DNA from: a virus
Reading direction: 5' to 3' (one strand)
DNA length: 64,000 nucleotides
Virus record (IMG/VR): IMGVR_UViG_3300034200_001099
Span: 26,096-90,095 of that record
In this document: one piece after another, positions 18,542 to 28,909 of the stretch
How the letters are laid out: every line of letters begins with the position of its first letter
Numbering within the stretch: the first letter of the stretch is position 1
The notes under the pieces: generated by a model
Database searches by the model: none
What the model was told of the DNA's origin: nothing
What the model saw: only the letters and a program-made list of their open reading frames with translations
Translations under genes and position numbers: made by a program

Positions 18542-19465
18542 ATGAATAATAACAATTATTACGACATTTTAAACGTTGAAGAAACTGCAACTCAAGACGA
18601 TATTAAAAAAAAATATAGAAAGTTAGCAAAAGAAAATCACCCTGACATTGGAGGTGACGAAGAAACTTTTAAAAAAATATCCACAGCTTATGATGTTTTA
18701 AGTGATGAACAAAAAAGACACAGATATGATCAAGAAAGAAAAGGCGTTTTCGGATCATCTAACAATTTTAACGATATTTTTAATAGTATGTTTGGTAATG
18801 GACAAAGTAATGGTAATAGAGCCGCCCATACGTCAAATATCACAGTAAGTATCGGGACAATAAATTCATATAAAGGAGGAAAACATAGTCTTTCATATAG
18901 AAGACAATCTAGTTGTGATCCATGTAATGGGACTGGAGGAGAAAAAAAAGTTTGTAATTTTTGTGGTGGAACAGGTAATATTGTGAGACAATTTGGAAAT
19001 GGATCATTTCTTCAGCTCATGCAAGTTGTTTGTGAGACATGTCATGGAAAAGGATTCTTTATGATTAACGCATGTTTTTTATGTAATGGCGTTGGAACTA
19101 AAACAGAAATGAAAACTTTAGACATTTCATTACCACACGGTATTGATAATGGTCAGTTTTTAAGGGTCACCGGTATGGGTGATTTTAAAAATGGATCTTA
19201 TGGTGATTTGGTTGTTAGAGTTGATTTAAAACCCCAAGATGGTTTTACTAAAGTTGGGAATCATTTAGTTTATGACTCATTCATTACTTTGGAAGATTTA
19301 AAATTAGGAACTGTAAATGTTCCCCATCCTGATGGAGAACTAAACATCAAATTACCAAAAAATATTGATACATCAATACCTTTAAGAATTAAGTCAAAAG
19401 GATTTAAATTAGAAAGTGTTGGGGATCTTATAGTAAATCAATATATAAAATATAGTAGGGATTAA
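18542..19465 (+). CDS. dnaJ: DnaJ chaperone
   Basis: J-domain HPD, four CxxCxGxG repeats, C-terminal domain. Confidence 0.92.
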   Translation: MNNNNYYDILNVEETATQDDIKKKYRKLAKENHPDIGGDEETFKKISTAYDVLSDEQKRHRYDQERKGVFGSSNNFNDIFNSMFGNGQSNGNRAAHTSNITVSIGTINSYKGGKHSLSYRRQSSCDPCNGTGGEKKVCNFCGGTGNIVRQFGNGSFLQLMQVVCETCHGKGFFMINACFLCNGVGTKTEMKTLDISLPHGIDNGQFLRVTGMGDFKNGSYGDLVVRVDLKPQDGFTKVGNHLVYDSFITLEDLKLGTVNVPHPDGELNIKLPKNIDTSIPLRIKSKGFKLESVGDLIVNQYIKYSRD

Positions 19466-19641
19466 AATAAGGATATTAAATCTTTAATTGCTACTATAAA
19501 TCCGTATATGGCAAAAAAAGTAAAAATTCCACCAAATATTAAAACAAATGTTTGTGTATTCTTAACTTGTTTGCTCTCTCTACATGTTGGACATTTAACT
19601 TGTGTTGGCTCTGTTTTGTTGTTGTATATTTCTTCTTCCAT
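19462..19641 (-). CDS. small CxxC membrane protein (59 aa, not in ORF track)
   Basis: MEEEIYNNKTEPTQVKCPTCRESK...FVLIFGGIFTFFAIYGFIVAI. Confidence 0.6.
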   Translation of the reverse strand: MEEEIYNNKTEPTQVKCPTCRESKQVKNTQTFVLIFGGIFTFFAIYGFIVAIKDLISLF

Positions 19642-19698
19642 AATTTGTTATAATAATAATTATACATTAAAACAATTTATAAGTGAATAATTTTTGAA

Positions 19699-19727
19699 TT
19701 GACATATCAACATAGAATTCGTATATT
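19699..19727 (+). promoter_or_regulatory. sigma70-like promoter TTGACA-N17-TATATT
   Basis: Exact 17-nt spacing upstream of the Dam-like gene. Confidence 0.5.
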
Positions 19728-19742
19728 TCTAATAAAAAAACT

Positions 19743-20582
19743 ATGTTATCATATATTGGGGGAAAAAGTAAGATAGGAAAGTGGATAGTTCCTTTCTACG
19801 ATAAGAATATGGAAACGTATGTTGAGACGTTTGGGGGCATGTTTTGGTGTTTCTTTAATATGGACCTAAAACAGTTTCCCAACCTGAAGAAAGTTGTTTA
19901 CAACGACTTTAATCCACTAAATTATAACTTATTTAAGTGTATTCAAAACCCAACGGAGTTATTGGGGGCAATCAACTCAATTGATTGTCAAAAATTTGGT
20001 GTGGAAATTACACCACCATTATATAAAGAACAATTTATCAGGTTTCAGGCTGAAATATTTGCTGAAAATTTCAGCGTAGAACCTGGCGATTATGATGTTG
20101 CCGCAAAATACGTTTATATTTTAACTCAAGTATTCAGTGGGTCAAAACCTGAGACAAGTTCTTTTATTGACCTTAAAGGTAAGTACAAGTCAAAATATTT
20201 GACGTTTAGAGATAAACTATTAAAACCGGATTGGATAGAACATTTCTTAAAGATAACTCACGTTGAGAATATGGATTTTGCTGAGGTTATTGAAAAGTAT
20301 GATTCGCCTAACACTTATTTTTATGTAGATCCTCCATACTGGAAAACAGAGAACTATTACTCCAACCATGACTTTGATCGTCAAGATCACGAAAGACTTT
20401 CAAAATCTTTAATAAGTATGGAAGGTAAATTCAGTTTATCATATTATGATTTTCCTTTATTATCCGAATGGTTTCCAAAAGATACATATACATGGGAGAA
20501 AAAAGAATTCGCTAAAGCTGCTGCCGCTAAAAAGGGTAAGGCTCAAACTATGGGCGAGGAGCTATTAATAATGAATTATTAA
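19743..20582 (+). CDS. Dam-family (D12 class) DNA adenine methyltransferase
   Basis: YIGGKS, YVETFGG, YNDFN, YVDPPY. Confidence 0.88.
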   Translation: MLSYIGGKSKIGKWIVPFYDKNMETYVETFGGMFWCFFNMDLKQFPNLKKVVYNDFNPLNYNLFKCIQNPTELLGAINSIDCQKFGVEITPPLYKEQFIRFQAEIFAENFSVEPGDYDVAAKYVYILTQVFSGSKPETSSFIDLKGKYKSKYLTFRDKLLKPDWIEHFLKITHVENMDFAEVIEKYDSPNTYFYVDPPYWKTENYYSNHDFDRQDHERLSKSLISMEGKFSLSYYDFPLLSEWFPKDTYTWEKKEFAKAAAAKKGKAQTMGEELLIMNY

Positions 20583-20621
20583 TTTTTTCAATTAATCTAA
20601 TATTTATTATAAAATTACATT

Positions 20622-22001
20622 ATGTCTTTAAGATTTACCAACCTATTAAGGGACCTTATTGTTGAAAGTTCAAGATTTCAAGTATTGTTCGATAAATTTG
20701 TTAAACCAAAAGAAAAAGGACAAAGAGGTTTCATGCCTTTTGAAACTTTATTCGCACTTATTGTTGCCGACCCAACTACAAAAGTTCCTGAAGGAATGGA
20801 TATTGATAATGTTAAACCTGATCAAATGGAAAAGGTAAAAATTGGAAAATATGCTCAGTGGTTAATCAAAAACTTTATGACACCTAAGTTACCGGCAGAT
20901 CATCCTTTAATGGTTAGTGATCCACAATCAAGTCAATACAAACAAGCATTGACGCAATTTCAATCTCTTTTCATGGAAGATTTATATAAGGTCACAATAA
21001 ATCTTCAAAAATATGAAAGATTTAAAAATAGGTTAGCACAAGAATATAGGGATATAAATAAATTAAGTATTGAGACTTTACAAGATCAAGTCAAAGATTT
21101 TAGTTTAGAAAAAACTAAAGCAACCGCTGACGAGAAAAAAGAAGCGTCTGTAACATATGCTCACCCTGGGGCTAACATTGTTTATAGAGGTCAAGATTGG
21201 ACTGTTGCTAAAATTTCAGACAAAGGTCCATTAGGTAAAGAAGCGGCATGTTTCTATGGTGGATCTCATAATGAAGGAAGACGAGGGGAAACTACTTGGT
21301 GCACATCATCACCTGGTCTTAGTTGGTTTGATAGATACATCGGTAGAGGACCATTATATGTTGTAATTCCAAACAAAGCAAGATCATTCAAATCTTACGG
21401 AAAAGAAACAGGTGAAGTTTCAGGTTTACCAGCGGACAGATACCAATTTCACTTCCCTGATAATCAGTATATGGATGCGGATGACAGACCAATTAATTTA
21501 ATTGACTTTTTAAATACAAACGAAGAAGGTTTAAAACAATTCTTTAAGCCTGAGTTTATGTCATCATTGTCAGGTGAAAAAGGAGAAAAAGTGGCTATTG
21601 ACTATCCTAGTGATTCAGCTTCTAAATTTATTGCCTTATACGGATTTGACGAATTCTTCGCTACTTTACCACAAACATTAAAAAGATTTACATTTAAAAA
21701 CACATCAAAAGATAAACTTTCTTTAAATATTCCAAACGACATTGGTAGATTTAAAGAATTAACCGCAATTAATTTTGTTGGTTGTATTGCTTCTTTGCCT
21801 GACTCAATTTGTCAACTACAAAATTTACAATATTTATCTTTGGTTAATAATCCAGACCTTCAGATGCTACCAGATTGTATCGGAAACATGCCAAACCTTA
21901 TGGTTTTAAATCTTTCAGGGTCTGATCGTAACAAAGTTCTACCACAATCAATCTTAAGTAGAGAAGAAGAAGATGAAGATTTTAACTTATTTACACATTA
22001 A
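20622..22001 (+). CDS. protein with C-terminal leucine-rich repeats
   Basis: IPNDIGRFKELTAINF / LPDSICQLQNLQYLSL / LPDCIGNMPNLMVLNL; central TWCTS..RYQFHF domain. Confidence 0.75.
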   Translation: MSLRFTNLLRDLIVESSRFQVLFDKFVKPKEKGQRGFMPFETLFALIVADPTTKVPEGMDIDNVKPDQMEKVKIGKYAQWLIKNFMTPKLPADHPLMVSDPQSSQYKQALTQFQSLFMEDLYKVTINLQKYERFKNRLAQEYRDINKLSIETLQDQVKDFSLEKTKATADEKKEASVTYAHPGANIVYRGQDWTVAKISDKGPLGKEAACFYGGSHNEGRRGETTWCTSSPGLSWFDRYIGRGPLYVVIPNKARSFKSYGKETGEVSGLPADRYQFHFPDNQYMDADDRPINLIDFLNTNEEGLKQFFKPEFMSSLSGEKGEKVAIDYPSDSASKFIALYGFDEFFATLPQTLKRFTFKNTSKDKLSLNIPNDIGRFKELTAINFVGCIASLPDSICQLQNLQYLSLVNNPDLQMLPDCIGNMPNLMVLNLSGSDRNKVLPQSILSREEEDEDFNLFTH

Positions 22002-22047
22002 AGTAGATTATTTAAAACATTATAATATTTATTAATAAAATAAAAAT

Positions 22048-23094
22048 ATGAACAGAAGAATTTTAATATCGGAAAATGAAAGATCTAGAATTTTAGGTCT
22101 ACACGAAAATCGTAGAATGAAAGAATGGGGATTGATTAACGAACAAGTTATACCAACCGGTTATGACTCGAATGAAGCTTGTAAAGCGGAAGCTCCAAAA
22201 CTTGCTGCTAGTAAGGTATTTGCAGGACAGTCTTGGGATGTTGTTAAGGCAAAATGGGTTGAGTCTAACTGTAATGGAACAACTCCTTGTAATGTAGGAA
22301 CGGAAGCATCAAATATTAATTTAAGAAAGGCAATGTGTGAAGGAACCTTTACTATGGGTGCACCTGCGGCTGCCACACCATCAGAATATACTGTTTACAA
22401 AGGTGGAGTCCCATCTAAAATGACTGTTGATCAGATTAGTCAAGGACTTGCAGATGGTACTATAAAACCAACTGATAAAGTGTGGGACATTAGTAAAGGT
22501 CAAGGTTCTGATGCCATAGTTCCATTATCAACTTTAACTTTAGACACTAAAATACAAGCATCAATTAAAACTATTGCTCCAGAATTAGCGGGAGAAGAAA
22601 AAACATATGAAATATCTGCGGATGGTAGAGCTGCCGCAATAAAATATACAAAAGAAACATTAACAAAGGCGATCGCAGATGGCACTTTGAATAAAGATTC
22701 GGCATATGTTATTATTGTAGACCCAGCAACACAAGCAAAATCATATCAAAAAGTAATGCTTAACGCTGACTTAGTTCCAATTATTAATTCGGCTTCTGGT
22801 GCTCAACCTATAGCGGCAGAAAGAAAGTCAACCAATATTCCTGAACTTGATGCTTGGTTGAAAGGACCAATTGGATCTGCATGGGATAAACTTACAGACC
22901 CAAAACAAAAAGAAAGTATGTTTGACTCATTTGAAAAAACCGACCCAACAATTACTAAATTAAAAGATACGGTAGGTAAGGGACCATTAAGATCTGCGTT
23001 AGGAATGGCTGCTGACACAGGATTTGGTAGAGGATTACAAAGGTTAAGAGGAAAAGTTGGAGCGGCAATAACTGGTAATCAACCAGTTGCTTAA
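22048..23094 (+). CDS. leader-tagged protein with two GYF_2-like repeats
   Basis: ISENERSRILGLH leader; MTVDQISQGLADGTIKPTDKVW and YTKETLTKAIADGTLNKDSAYV. Confidence 0.65.
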   Translation: MNRRILISENERSRILGLHENRRMKEWGLINEQVIPTGYDSNEACKAEAPKLAASKVFAGQSWDVVKAKWVESNCNGTTPCNVGTEASNINLRKAMCEGTFTMGAPAAATPSEYTVYKGGVPSKMTVDQISQGLADGTIKPTDKVWDISKGQGSDAIVPLSTLTLDTKIQASIKTIAPELAGEEKTYEISADGRAAAIKYTKETLTKAIADGTLNKDSAYVIIVDPATQAKSYQKVMLNADLVPIINSASGAQPIAAERKSTNIPELDAWLKGPIGSAWDKLTDPKQKESMFDSFEKTDPTITKLKDTVGKGPLRSALGMAADTGFGRGLQRLRGKVGAAITGNQPVA

Positions 23095-23121
23095 TAATCT
23101 ATCTTATTTTTATATAAAAAA

Positions 23122-23343
23122 ATGATTATTTCAGAGCAACAAATTAGAAAAATAATTAAAAGAGTGATTTTTGAAGATAGAAAAGAATCTATGTTAGAAA
23201 AAATGAAAAGAAAATTAAAAGGAATATCCGACGATAAATTAATTTATAATATGGAAAATGAATTACCTTGGGATTGGAAAGGATCAAAAGAGGCATACTT
23301 TGAAAAACACGAAGATAGAAAATATTCAAAAGGATCAAACTAA
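23122..23343 (+). CDS. leader-tagged hypothetical protein
   Basis: MIISEQQIRKIIKRVIFE. Confidence 0.65.
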   Translation: MIISEQQIRKIIKRVIFEDRKESMLEKMKRKLKGISDDKLIYNMENELPWDWKGSKEAYFEKHEDRKYSKGSN

Positions 23344-23361
23344 TATGTGTAATAAATAATT

Positions 23362-23952
23362 ATGAAAAACAAACTATTTTTAACCGAATCTGAAAAATCA
23401 AGAATTAGTGATTTACACAGAATGGCAATTGTTACTGAAGGTAAAAACACTTTAAATGAGGCTAATTTAGTAGACATTCAAAATTTACTAATAAAAAAAG
23501 GAATGTTGGGACAAAAAGTTGCTGACAATAAATTAGGTCCATTAACTTTAAATGCGATCTATTCTGCATTAACACAAACTCAGCCAACACAAACTCAACC
23601 AACAGGGGCTCAAGGAACAGGGACTCAAGAAACAGGGACTCCAGGAACTGGAGCTCAAGTACCACCAACTCAAGGAGCGCCAGTATATTATCCTTGGGTA
23701 AAAGAAGGTGGAAAACCTGTTCAAAACATAATAGATGCTAAAAAAGCCGACCCAAATTTTCAAAATTGGTTAACTGAATTAAAAAAACTCACCACAGAAC
23801 AATTGACCAAAATTCAACAAGACCTTAAAGCGGCTTTTTTAGAATCAGCTATAGGTGTTAAATTGGATAGCACCGAGGCATATCAACCATACATGGTTGC
23901 ACTACAAACAATTAGTACTGCAATGGAAATGGTTAAAAAACCTCTGGTTTAA
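23362..23952 (+). CDS. leader-tagged protein with peptidoglycan-binding-like motif
   Basis: LTESEKSRISDLH leader; IQNLL...ADNKLGPLTLNAI; T/Q/P/G-rich linker. Confidence 0.65.
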   Translation: MKNKLFLTESEKSRISDLHRMAIVTEGKNTLNEANLVDIQNLLIKKGMLGQKVADNKLGPLTLNAIYSALTQTQPTQTQPTGAQGTGTQETGTPGTGAQVPPTQGAPVYYPWVKEGGKPVQNIIDAKKADPNFQNWLTELKKLTTEQLTKIQQDLKAAFLESAIGVKLDSTEAYQPYMVALQTISTAMEMVKKPLV

Positions 23953-24011
23953 ACAACACCAATAACACATGTGTAACCTAAATAGTGGTAATAAATCAAA
24001 CTTAAATAAGA

Positions 24012-24036
24012 ACCCTCACTTCGGTGGGGGTTTTTT
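24012..24036 (+). terminator. intrinsic terminator
   Basis: ACCCTCAC-TTCG-GTGGGGGT plus T-tract. Confidence 0.8.
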
Positions 24037-24059
24037 ATTTAACAAAGTATTTATCTTAT

Positions 24060-24617
24060 ATGAAAATAGTTATATCTGATAACCAATATAGTCTTTTAAA
24101 AGAATCAGTTGCCATTAAAAATATTGAGGGAATTAAAAATCATTGGAAAAACCAATTAAAAAAAGGTAAAAAAATTAGATTTGATAAAGAAGACTTAGAA
24201 TTTTGGGGTATTACTACCAGACAAGAAAAATTTTATGCTCAAACGGCTTTTCAGGAATTAGTCGGAGATGAGGCGTTTACTGAAAAATTCATTAAAAACT
24301 TATTAAATAAAACATTTTCAACAAAAGATTTTAACGATATAATTAATATTGGTGGTTATGATTTTGAGTGGATAATAACTGAAATGGAATATCGTGATTT
24401 TGATTTCTATTTATATGGAAAAACATTACCGGGAGGAACTGTTACTCTTATGGATGGTAGAAACTTATCTTTAGATGAAGCAACAAATGACGAAGATCTA
24501 TATTGGGAAATACAAGAAGAAGTTAATGGTGTTGTTCAAGACTGTATGGACAAAATAATTTTACCTGTTACAGGGTATGAGGTAGAAGTATCATCAATAG
24601 TAATATCGGAAGAATGA
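24060..24617 (+). CDS. leader-tagged hypothetical protein
   Basis: Start at ATG 24060 (MKIVISDNQYSLLKES), 5 nt after TATTTAT. Confidence 0.7.
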   Translation: MKIVISDNQYSLLKESVAIKNIEGIKNHWKNQLKKGKKIRFDKEDLEFWGITTRQEKFYAQTAFQELVGDEAFTEKFIKNLLNKTFSTKDFNDIINIGGYDFEWIITEMEYRDFDFYLYGKTLPGGTVTLMDGRNLSLDEATNDEDLYWEIQEEVNGVVQDCMDKIILPVTGYEVEVSSIVISEE

Positions 24618-25018
24618 AAATAATAATATCTGAACAACAATATGTAATGTTATCTGAGTCAAAATTAGATCCAATGCAAAATCTTATTAACATGGCTTTT
24701 GATGAGGTAAAAGAAAATTGTGATCGAGGTTTTTATATAAGGTCACACCACAATTACATATGTGACCCAATAGAAATGATTGAAGAAATAAAGGTGGTAG
24801 ATGTATCAAAAACAACGTCTATGGGTTACCTTGAAAAAAAAGAATTATCTCAAATGCACATTACCGTTGATATTCATCTTGAATCTATATATTTATTTTA
24901 CGATTTAGATAATTTTATTTATCAGTTACAGGGGGAAGCAAGAAACATATTAGGTGGAAGTATTGTATCTATATCAATAGGAGAAGTAATCAATATAAGA
25001 AAAGAATTTAACTGGTGA
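24614..25018 (+). CDS. leader-tagged hypothetical protein
   Basis: MKIIISEQQYVMLSES. Confidence 0.7.
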   Translation: MKIIISEQQYVMLSESKLDPMQNLINMAFDEVKENCDRGFYIRSHHNYICDPIEMIEEIKVVDVSKTTSMGYLEKKELSQMHITVDIHLESIYLFYDLDNFIYQLQGEARNILGGSIVSISIGEVINIRKEFNW

Positions 25019-25593
25019 TGAAAATTATATTAACTGAAGATCAATATAAGAATCTTTTTGAATCCAATTTTGAAAAAAACAAAAGGTTGGTGGGAAAAAT
25101 GTGGGATGAAGGTATGAACTTGGGTGAGATGTCATCGTTGATTGGTTTAGATGAATCTCAAATAATATTACTTCTTAAAGATAAAAATATAAAAATTGAT
25201 TGTAAATTTGCTGAGGATTTAGTCCTAACTCTTATGTATAGAACTGATTTTATTAATAAAAATTATAATTTCAACAATGGTCAAATGTTTCTAAACTTAA
25301 ATTGGGGAGGTTCTAGTGGGTCTGTAGCATTTGAGTTTAATGATAAGGAATATAAGTTAACAGGATGGGCAACACCTTATTGGGGTGGTGATTGTGAAAC
25401 TCCTGTTGAGGGTAATTATTTTGAAAATAAAAAAACAGATGAATATGTTAATGAATACGGGAATTCAGATAAAAAAATAGAATACACACCATCAAGTTTT
25501 AACTCAATACAGGAACTTATTGATTTTTTAAATAACGATTACCCTAAACAATTAATCAAACCAATAAAAGAATTGATTGAAGGTTATATTTAA
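25018..25593 (+). CDS. leader-tagged hypothetical protein
   Basis: MKIILTEDQYKNLFES. Confidence 0.7.
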   Translation: MKIILTEDQYKNLFESNFEKNKRLVGKMWDEGMNLGEMSSLIGLDESQIILLLKDKNIKIDCKFAEDLVLTLMYRTDFINKNYNFNNGQMFLNLNWGGSSGSVAFEFNDKEYKLTGWATPYWGGDCETPVEGNYFENKKTDEYVNEYGNSDKKIEYTPSSFNSIQELIDFLNNDYPKQLIKPIKELIEGYI

Positions 25594-25598
25594 AATAT

Positions 25599-25895
25599 AT
25601 GAAAATTATAATAACTGAAGACCAAGTGGCGTTAATAAGAAGGTTAAGTGAGTTAGAAGAAATTCTTGATAAAATTATTAAGGTATTAAATGATGATATA
25701 AACGATAGTGGTCCGGGTTATAAACCTGATAATTTTGGTGTTTATGAAAGGTGGGTGATGGATAGAGTCAAAAGAGAGTTTAAAAATGATAATCCAAAGA
25801 TTGAATTTCCAAATCACGATTTTATGATGTTAATGTCGGGACAATTTAACAATAAAATTAGAAAAGGTTTTAATAAAGTTAAAAAGAGAAGATGA
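25599..25895 (+). CDS. leader-tagged hypothetical protein
   Basis: MKIIITEDQ. Confidence 0.7.
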   Translation: MKIIITEDQVALIRRLSELEEILDKIIKVLNDDINDSGPGYKPDNFGVYERWVMDRVKREFKNDNPKIEFPNHDFMMLMSGQFNNKIRKGFNKVKKRR

Positions 25896-26479
25896 AAATA
25901 ATATTAACAGAAAGACAACAGAACTTAATAACGGAAAACTTAACAGATGAGAATCTTCGTAAGTTTTGTTATCAAATTTGGAATAAACAAAAAAAGATGG
26001 GAGAAGAGCCTAATCTTGATGATATGATTTATGATATTACGGACATAAAAAAAAATACAAGGGAAGATTACGATACTATTAGACCAATTTGGTATGAATA
26101 CAATGGAGGTTATGATAGATTATTTAAAAAACTTAAAGATGAAATTGACACTAAAGAATATAAGTTAGTTGAGGCTGAATTTGATTTGGAAACTAAAATA
26201 AAGGTTGTCCATCTTGACATTGTAGGACATTTTGTTGAAATTATGGTTGATGTTGATCCTCGTGGAACTATAGAATTTCATGGTTGGGATGAAGAAACTG
26301 AGGAAGAATACGTGGTAAACGACACAATAGACGCTGCTTATCATGAGGCGTTACTTAATTATGAAGGTGCCGATTTTCAAGGAATGATTAGAAGTTCAGT
26401 ATATGATTTATTTTATAATTTATTAGAAAAATACGGAATTCCAATTGATGTGGATATTGACTTAAAAGAAATTTATTAA
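25892..26479 (+). CDS. leader-tagged hypothetical protein, probable paralog of 24060
   Basis: MKIILTERQQNLITE; WxKQxKxG-like motif and similar acidic C-terminus. Confidence 0.7.
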   Translation: MKIILTERQQNLITENLTDENLRKFCYQIWNKQKKMGEEPNLDDMIYDITDIKKNTREDYDTIRPIWYEYNGGYDRLFKKLKDEIDTKEYKLVEAEFDLETKIKVVHLDIVGHFVEIMVDVDPRGTIEFHGWDEETEEEYVVNDTIDAAYHEALLNYEGADFQGMIRSSVYDLFYNLLEKYGIPIDVDIDLKEIY

Positions 26480-26491
26480 TACTTTTTAAAT

Positions 26492-26731
26492 ATGGGACCA
26501 ATCGAAAAAAAAATTTTAGAATTATCAAAAACAGAAGGACTTTCTGAAGAAACTTTAATGACTTTAACTATTTTGAAAAATCAAATTAGAGATGATGAAC
26601 GAAGACTTGCAAACAATGCATATGAAAAAGGTTTTCACGATAAAGAAATGAATCGAAAACCTACTTGGAATTACTTTGAAAATAATTATAGTAGTTATTT
26701 GTCAAATATTAAATTTGGCCAGATAAGTTAA
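26492..26731 (+). CDS. hypothetical protein
   Basis: ORF. Confidence 0.6.
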   Translation: MGPIEKKILELSKTEGLSEETLMTLTILKNQIRDDERRLANNAYEKGFHDKEMNRKPTWNYFENNYSSYLSNIKFGQIS

Positions 26732-26745
26732 TTTTTGTATCTTTG
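26714..26745 (+). promoter_or_regulatory. Bacteroidota promoter TTTG-N20-TATCTTTG
   Basis: Both -33 and -7 elements; ATG 4 nt downstream. Confidence 0.7.
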
Positions 26746-26749
26746 TGAT

Positions 26750-27034
26750 ATGGAAGACTTAACTAAACTTGAATTACCCGAAATTAAAATTCTTTGTAAA
26801 CAATACGGAATAGGTATTGTTGGAGATCAAAAATCTTTAATCAAAAAACTCAAATATTTCTTAGAACCTATTGGAGATGTATTAAACACGCATCCTGGAA
26901 GAAAATTAGCCAATGGTAAAAAAATTGTTGGAGTTAAAGTTAACAACCAAGAAGAAATTAATTCTATTAATAAGAAAAAGGGTCAATTTTTATATTATTC
27001 TTTGGGTTATCACTATTATATTGTGACAGAATAA
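26750..27034 (+). CDS. SAP/HeH-like DNA-binding domain protein
   Basis: LTKLELPEIKILCKQYGIGIVGDQKSLIKKL; start at ATG 26750. Confidence 0.6.
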   Translation: MEDLTKLELPEIKILCKQYGIGIVGDQKSLIKKLKYFLEPIGDVLNTHPGRKLANGKKIVGVKVNNQEEINSINKKKGQFLYYSLGYHYYIVTE

Positions 27035-27066
27035 TAAAACCATGATATTTATTAAATAAAATTGAT

Positions 27067-27603
27067 ATGAGAAAACAAATACTTGAAGAACTAAAAGAGA
27101 TGAGGTATCTTTTTAATTACGATAGAGGAAAAATTATTTCTGAACAAAATCAAAACCTTAATGAAATGATTGATTTAGAAAAAGGGTCTTTTGGTTATGA
27201 AGATATGGATGATGGTAGTGAAAAGTTTCCTTCATTTAGTCCTAATGGTGATATGGATACAGGTGAAGATTTAGCACCTTCTTTTGATTCAGATGGTAAT
27301 TTTTTAGGTATGGTAAAACCTAATCGAGATGGTATGGAAGGTGATGAGGATGAATTAGAAGAAGACGCTTTTGGTGGTGATTATAAAGATGATTTAGAAG
27401 AAGAAATTGATTTTGATGTTCCTACTATGATGCCAGGGACAAAAGAAAAAGAAAGGACAATTACAAAACCTGGAACCAAACCCGATAAGGACTCACCATA
27501 CAAACCTAAACCTGGACCAAAGAAAAACCCAAAAGCTAAAAAAGGTGATATGCCTGATTGGTTAAGTTTTGATGAACTTGGAATTAATCTTAAGCAAAAA
27601 TGA
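27067..27603 (+). CDS. acidic/Pro-Lys-rich hypothetical protein (possible virion protein)
   Basis: ILEELKEMRYLFNY leader; TATTTAT at 27046. Confidence 0.7.
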   Translation: MRKQILEELKEMRYLFNYDRGKIISEQNQNLNEMIDLEKGSFGYEDMDDGSEKFPSFSPNGDMDTGEDLAPSFDSDGNFLGMVKPNRDGMEGDEDELEEDAFGGDYKDDLEEEIDFDVPTMMPGTKEKERTITKPGTKPDKDSPYKPKPGPKKNPKAKKGDMPDWLSFDELGINLKQK

Positions 27604-28850
27604 GAAATATTAAAAAAAGACTATATACAGAAGTAATCTCAAAAAAAAATTTATTAAGGATTATGGAAGCTCCTATTGACTACGAAGGACCTGAAAGAAT
27701 GGCTGGAGATGTTGAGAGAAAAATTACGGGAAGAGAAACCCCATATCATAATTTTCCTGCAATTCCAAATATGGATAGAGACTTTATTGAGTTAATATCT
27801 TCAAAAAGATTCAAGGACTCAGTTGATAAAGTTAGAACGGCAATGGGAGATACAAGAACTATTCAAGGGGGAAACGCTCTTATGCAATTGCTGGGAACTG
27901 TGGGTCAAGCAATGCAAAAACTTGTTATGATTCAAATGAAAAACAAAAAACAACTTGAAGACCTTGCAATTGATCTTGTTAAAAACGAATTAGGAATTCC
28001 TGAAGGAGCAATGCAATTCAAAGCCGAACTTGTGTCAAGTACTATGGGAGCAGCAGAAGGGATGCAAAGTGAGCCTGAAATGCCAAGTGAAGAAGAGGTT
28101 GAAGAATTAATGGGAGATATGGAAAACTTTAATTTGGAAAGAGAAAAAAGAAGATTCATTAATTCACTTATTCAAGGTGCAGCTTTTAAAGGAGGACATA
28201 TGTATAATCTTGTTAAAAATGAGATCAATGACATTAATCCACAACTTATGAACCTATACGCTGTGACACAATCTTTAATGGAACATGCATATTGGATATT
28301 CCCTGACATGGAAGGAATGGCTGGCGGTGGCGGTGGTCAAATGGGCCAATCTGAAGTTGATGAAAAAACAGACCCACCAACAGTTAAAGCTAAGGCGGTT
28401 ACATTCCCATTATTAGTTCATGAATTGGTAAAGGGAGTATATGAGATTTTTGGATCACACGGATTACCTGACGACCCAAGACAACAAGAAATGATATTAA
28501 ACGCTGAAGATACTTTACCTTCAGAAATTTGGGACTCAAGGTTAGGTCCTATTTTTTGGGAAAAGTTTATGGCATCATATCCTATGGAGTTGTTTGATGA
28601 AGACAAAAAACATATACAGCATTATTTGTTTATGCGATTCTCGGCATTAAATGCGGAAGAGTTCATGAAGGTATCAAAAATGATTTTAAAAGGAGATCCA
28701 TTAGGTCAACAATTTATTCAAGGAATGGTCAATGAGATTGTTAAAGATCTAAAAGATAAAGACTATAAAGATGCTATGGGTTATGATGATGAAGATGATG
28801 AAGATAATGATGATTTGAGTGGGGTTGACTTTAGTGATTTGGGACTTTAA
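27600..28850 (+). CDS. hypothetical protein (possible virion protein)
   Basis: 416-aa ORF coupled to the upstream gene. Confidence 0.75.
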   Translation: MRNIKKRLYTEVISKKNLLRIMEAPIDYEGPERMAGDVERKITGRETPYHNFPAIPNMDRDFIELISSKRFKDSVDKVRTAMGDTRTIQGGNALMQLLGTVGQAMQKLVMIQMKNKKQLEDLAIDLVKNELGIPEGAMQFKAELVSSTMGAAEGMQSEPEMPSEEEVEELMGDMENFNLEREKRRFINSLIQGAAFKGGHMYNLVKNEINDINPQLMNLYAVTQSLMEHAYWIFPDMEGMAGGGGGQMGQSEVDEKTDPPTVKAKAVTFPLLVHELVKGVYEIFGSHGLPDDPRQQEMILNAEDTLPSEIWDSRLGPIFWEKFMASYPMELFDEDKKHIQHYLFMRFSALNAEEFMKVSKMILKGDPLGQQFIQGMVNEIVKDLKDKDYKDAMGYDDEDDEDNDDLSGVDFSDLGL

Positions 28851-28869
28851 TAAGTCCCATTTTTTTTTA
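28839..28869 (+). terminator. intrinsic terminator
   Basis: TGGGACTT-N-AAGTCCCA plus T-tract. Confidence 0.7.
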
Positions 28870-28909
28870 TAAGGAATTTTTTTCCTATAATTATTAAAAA
28901 TGTTAAGTT

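Noticed and set aside
19508-19690. Plus-strand 60-aa ORF from the track
   Set aside because: The opposite-strand ORF 19462-19641 has a more protein-like CxxC plus TM organisation.
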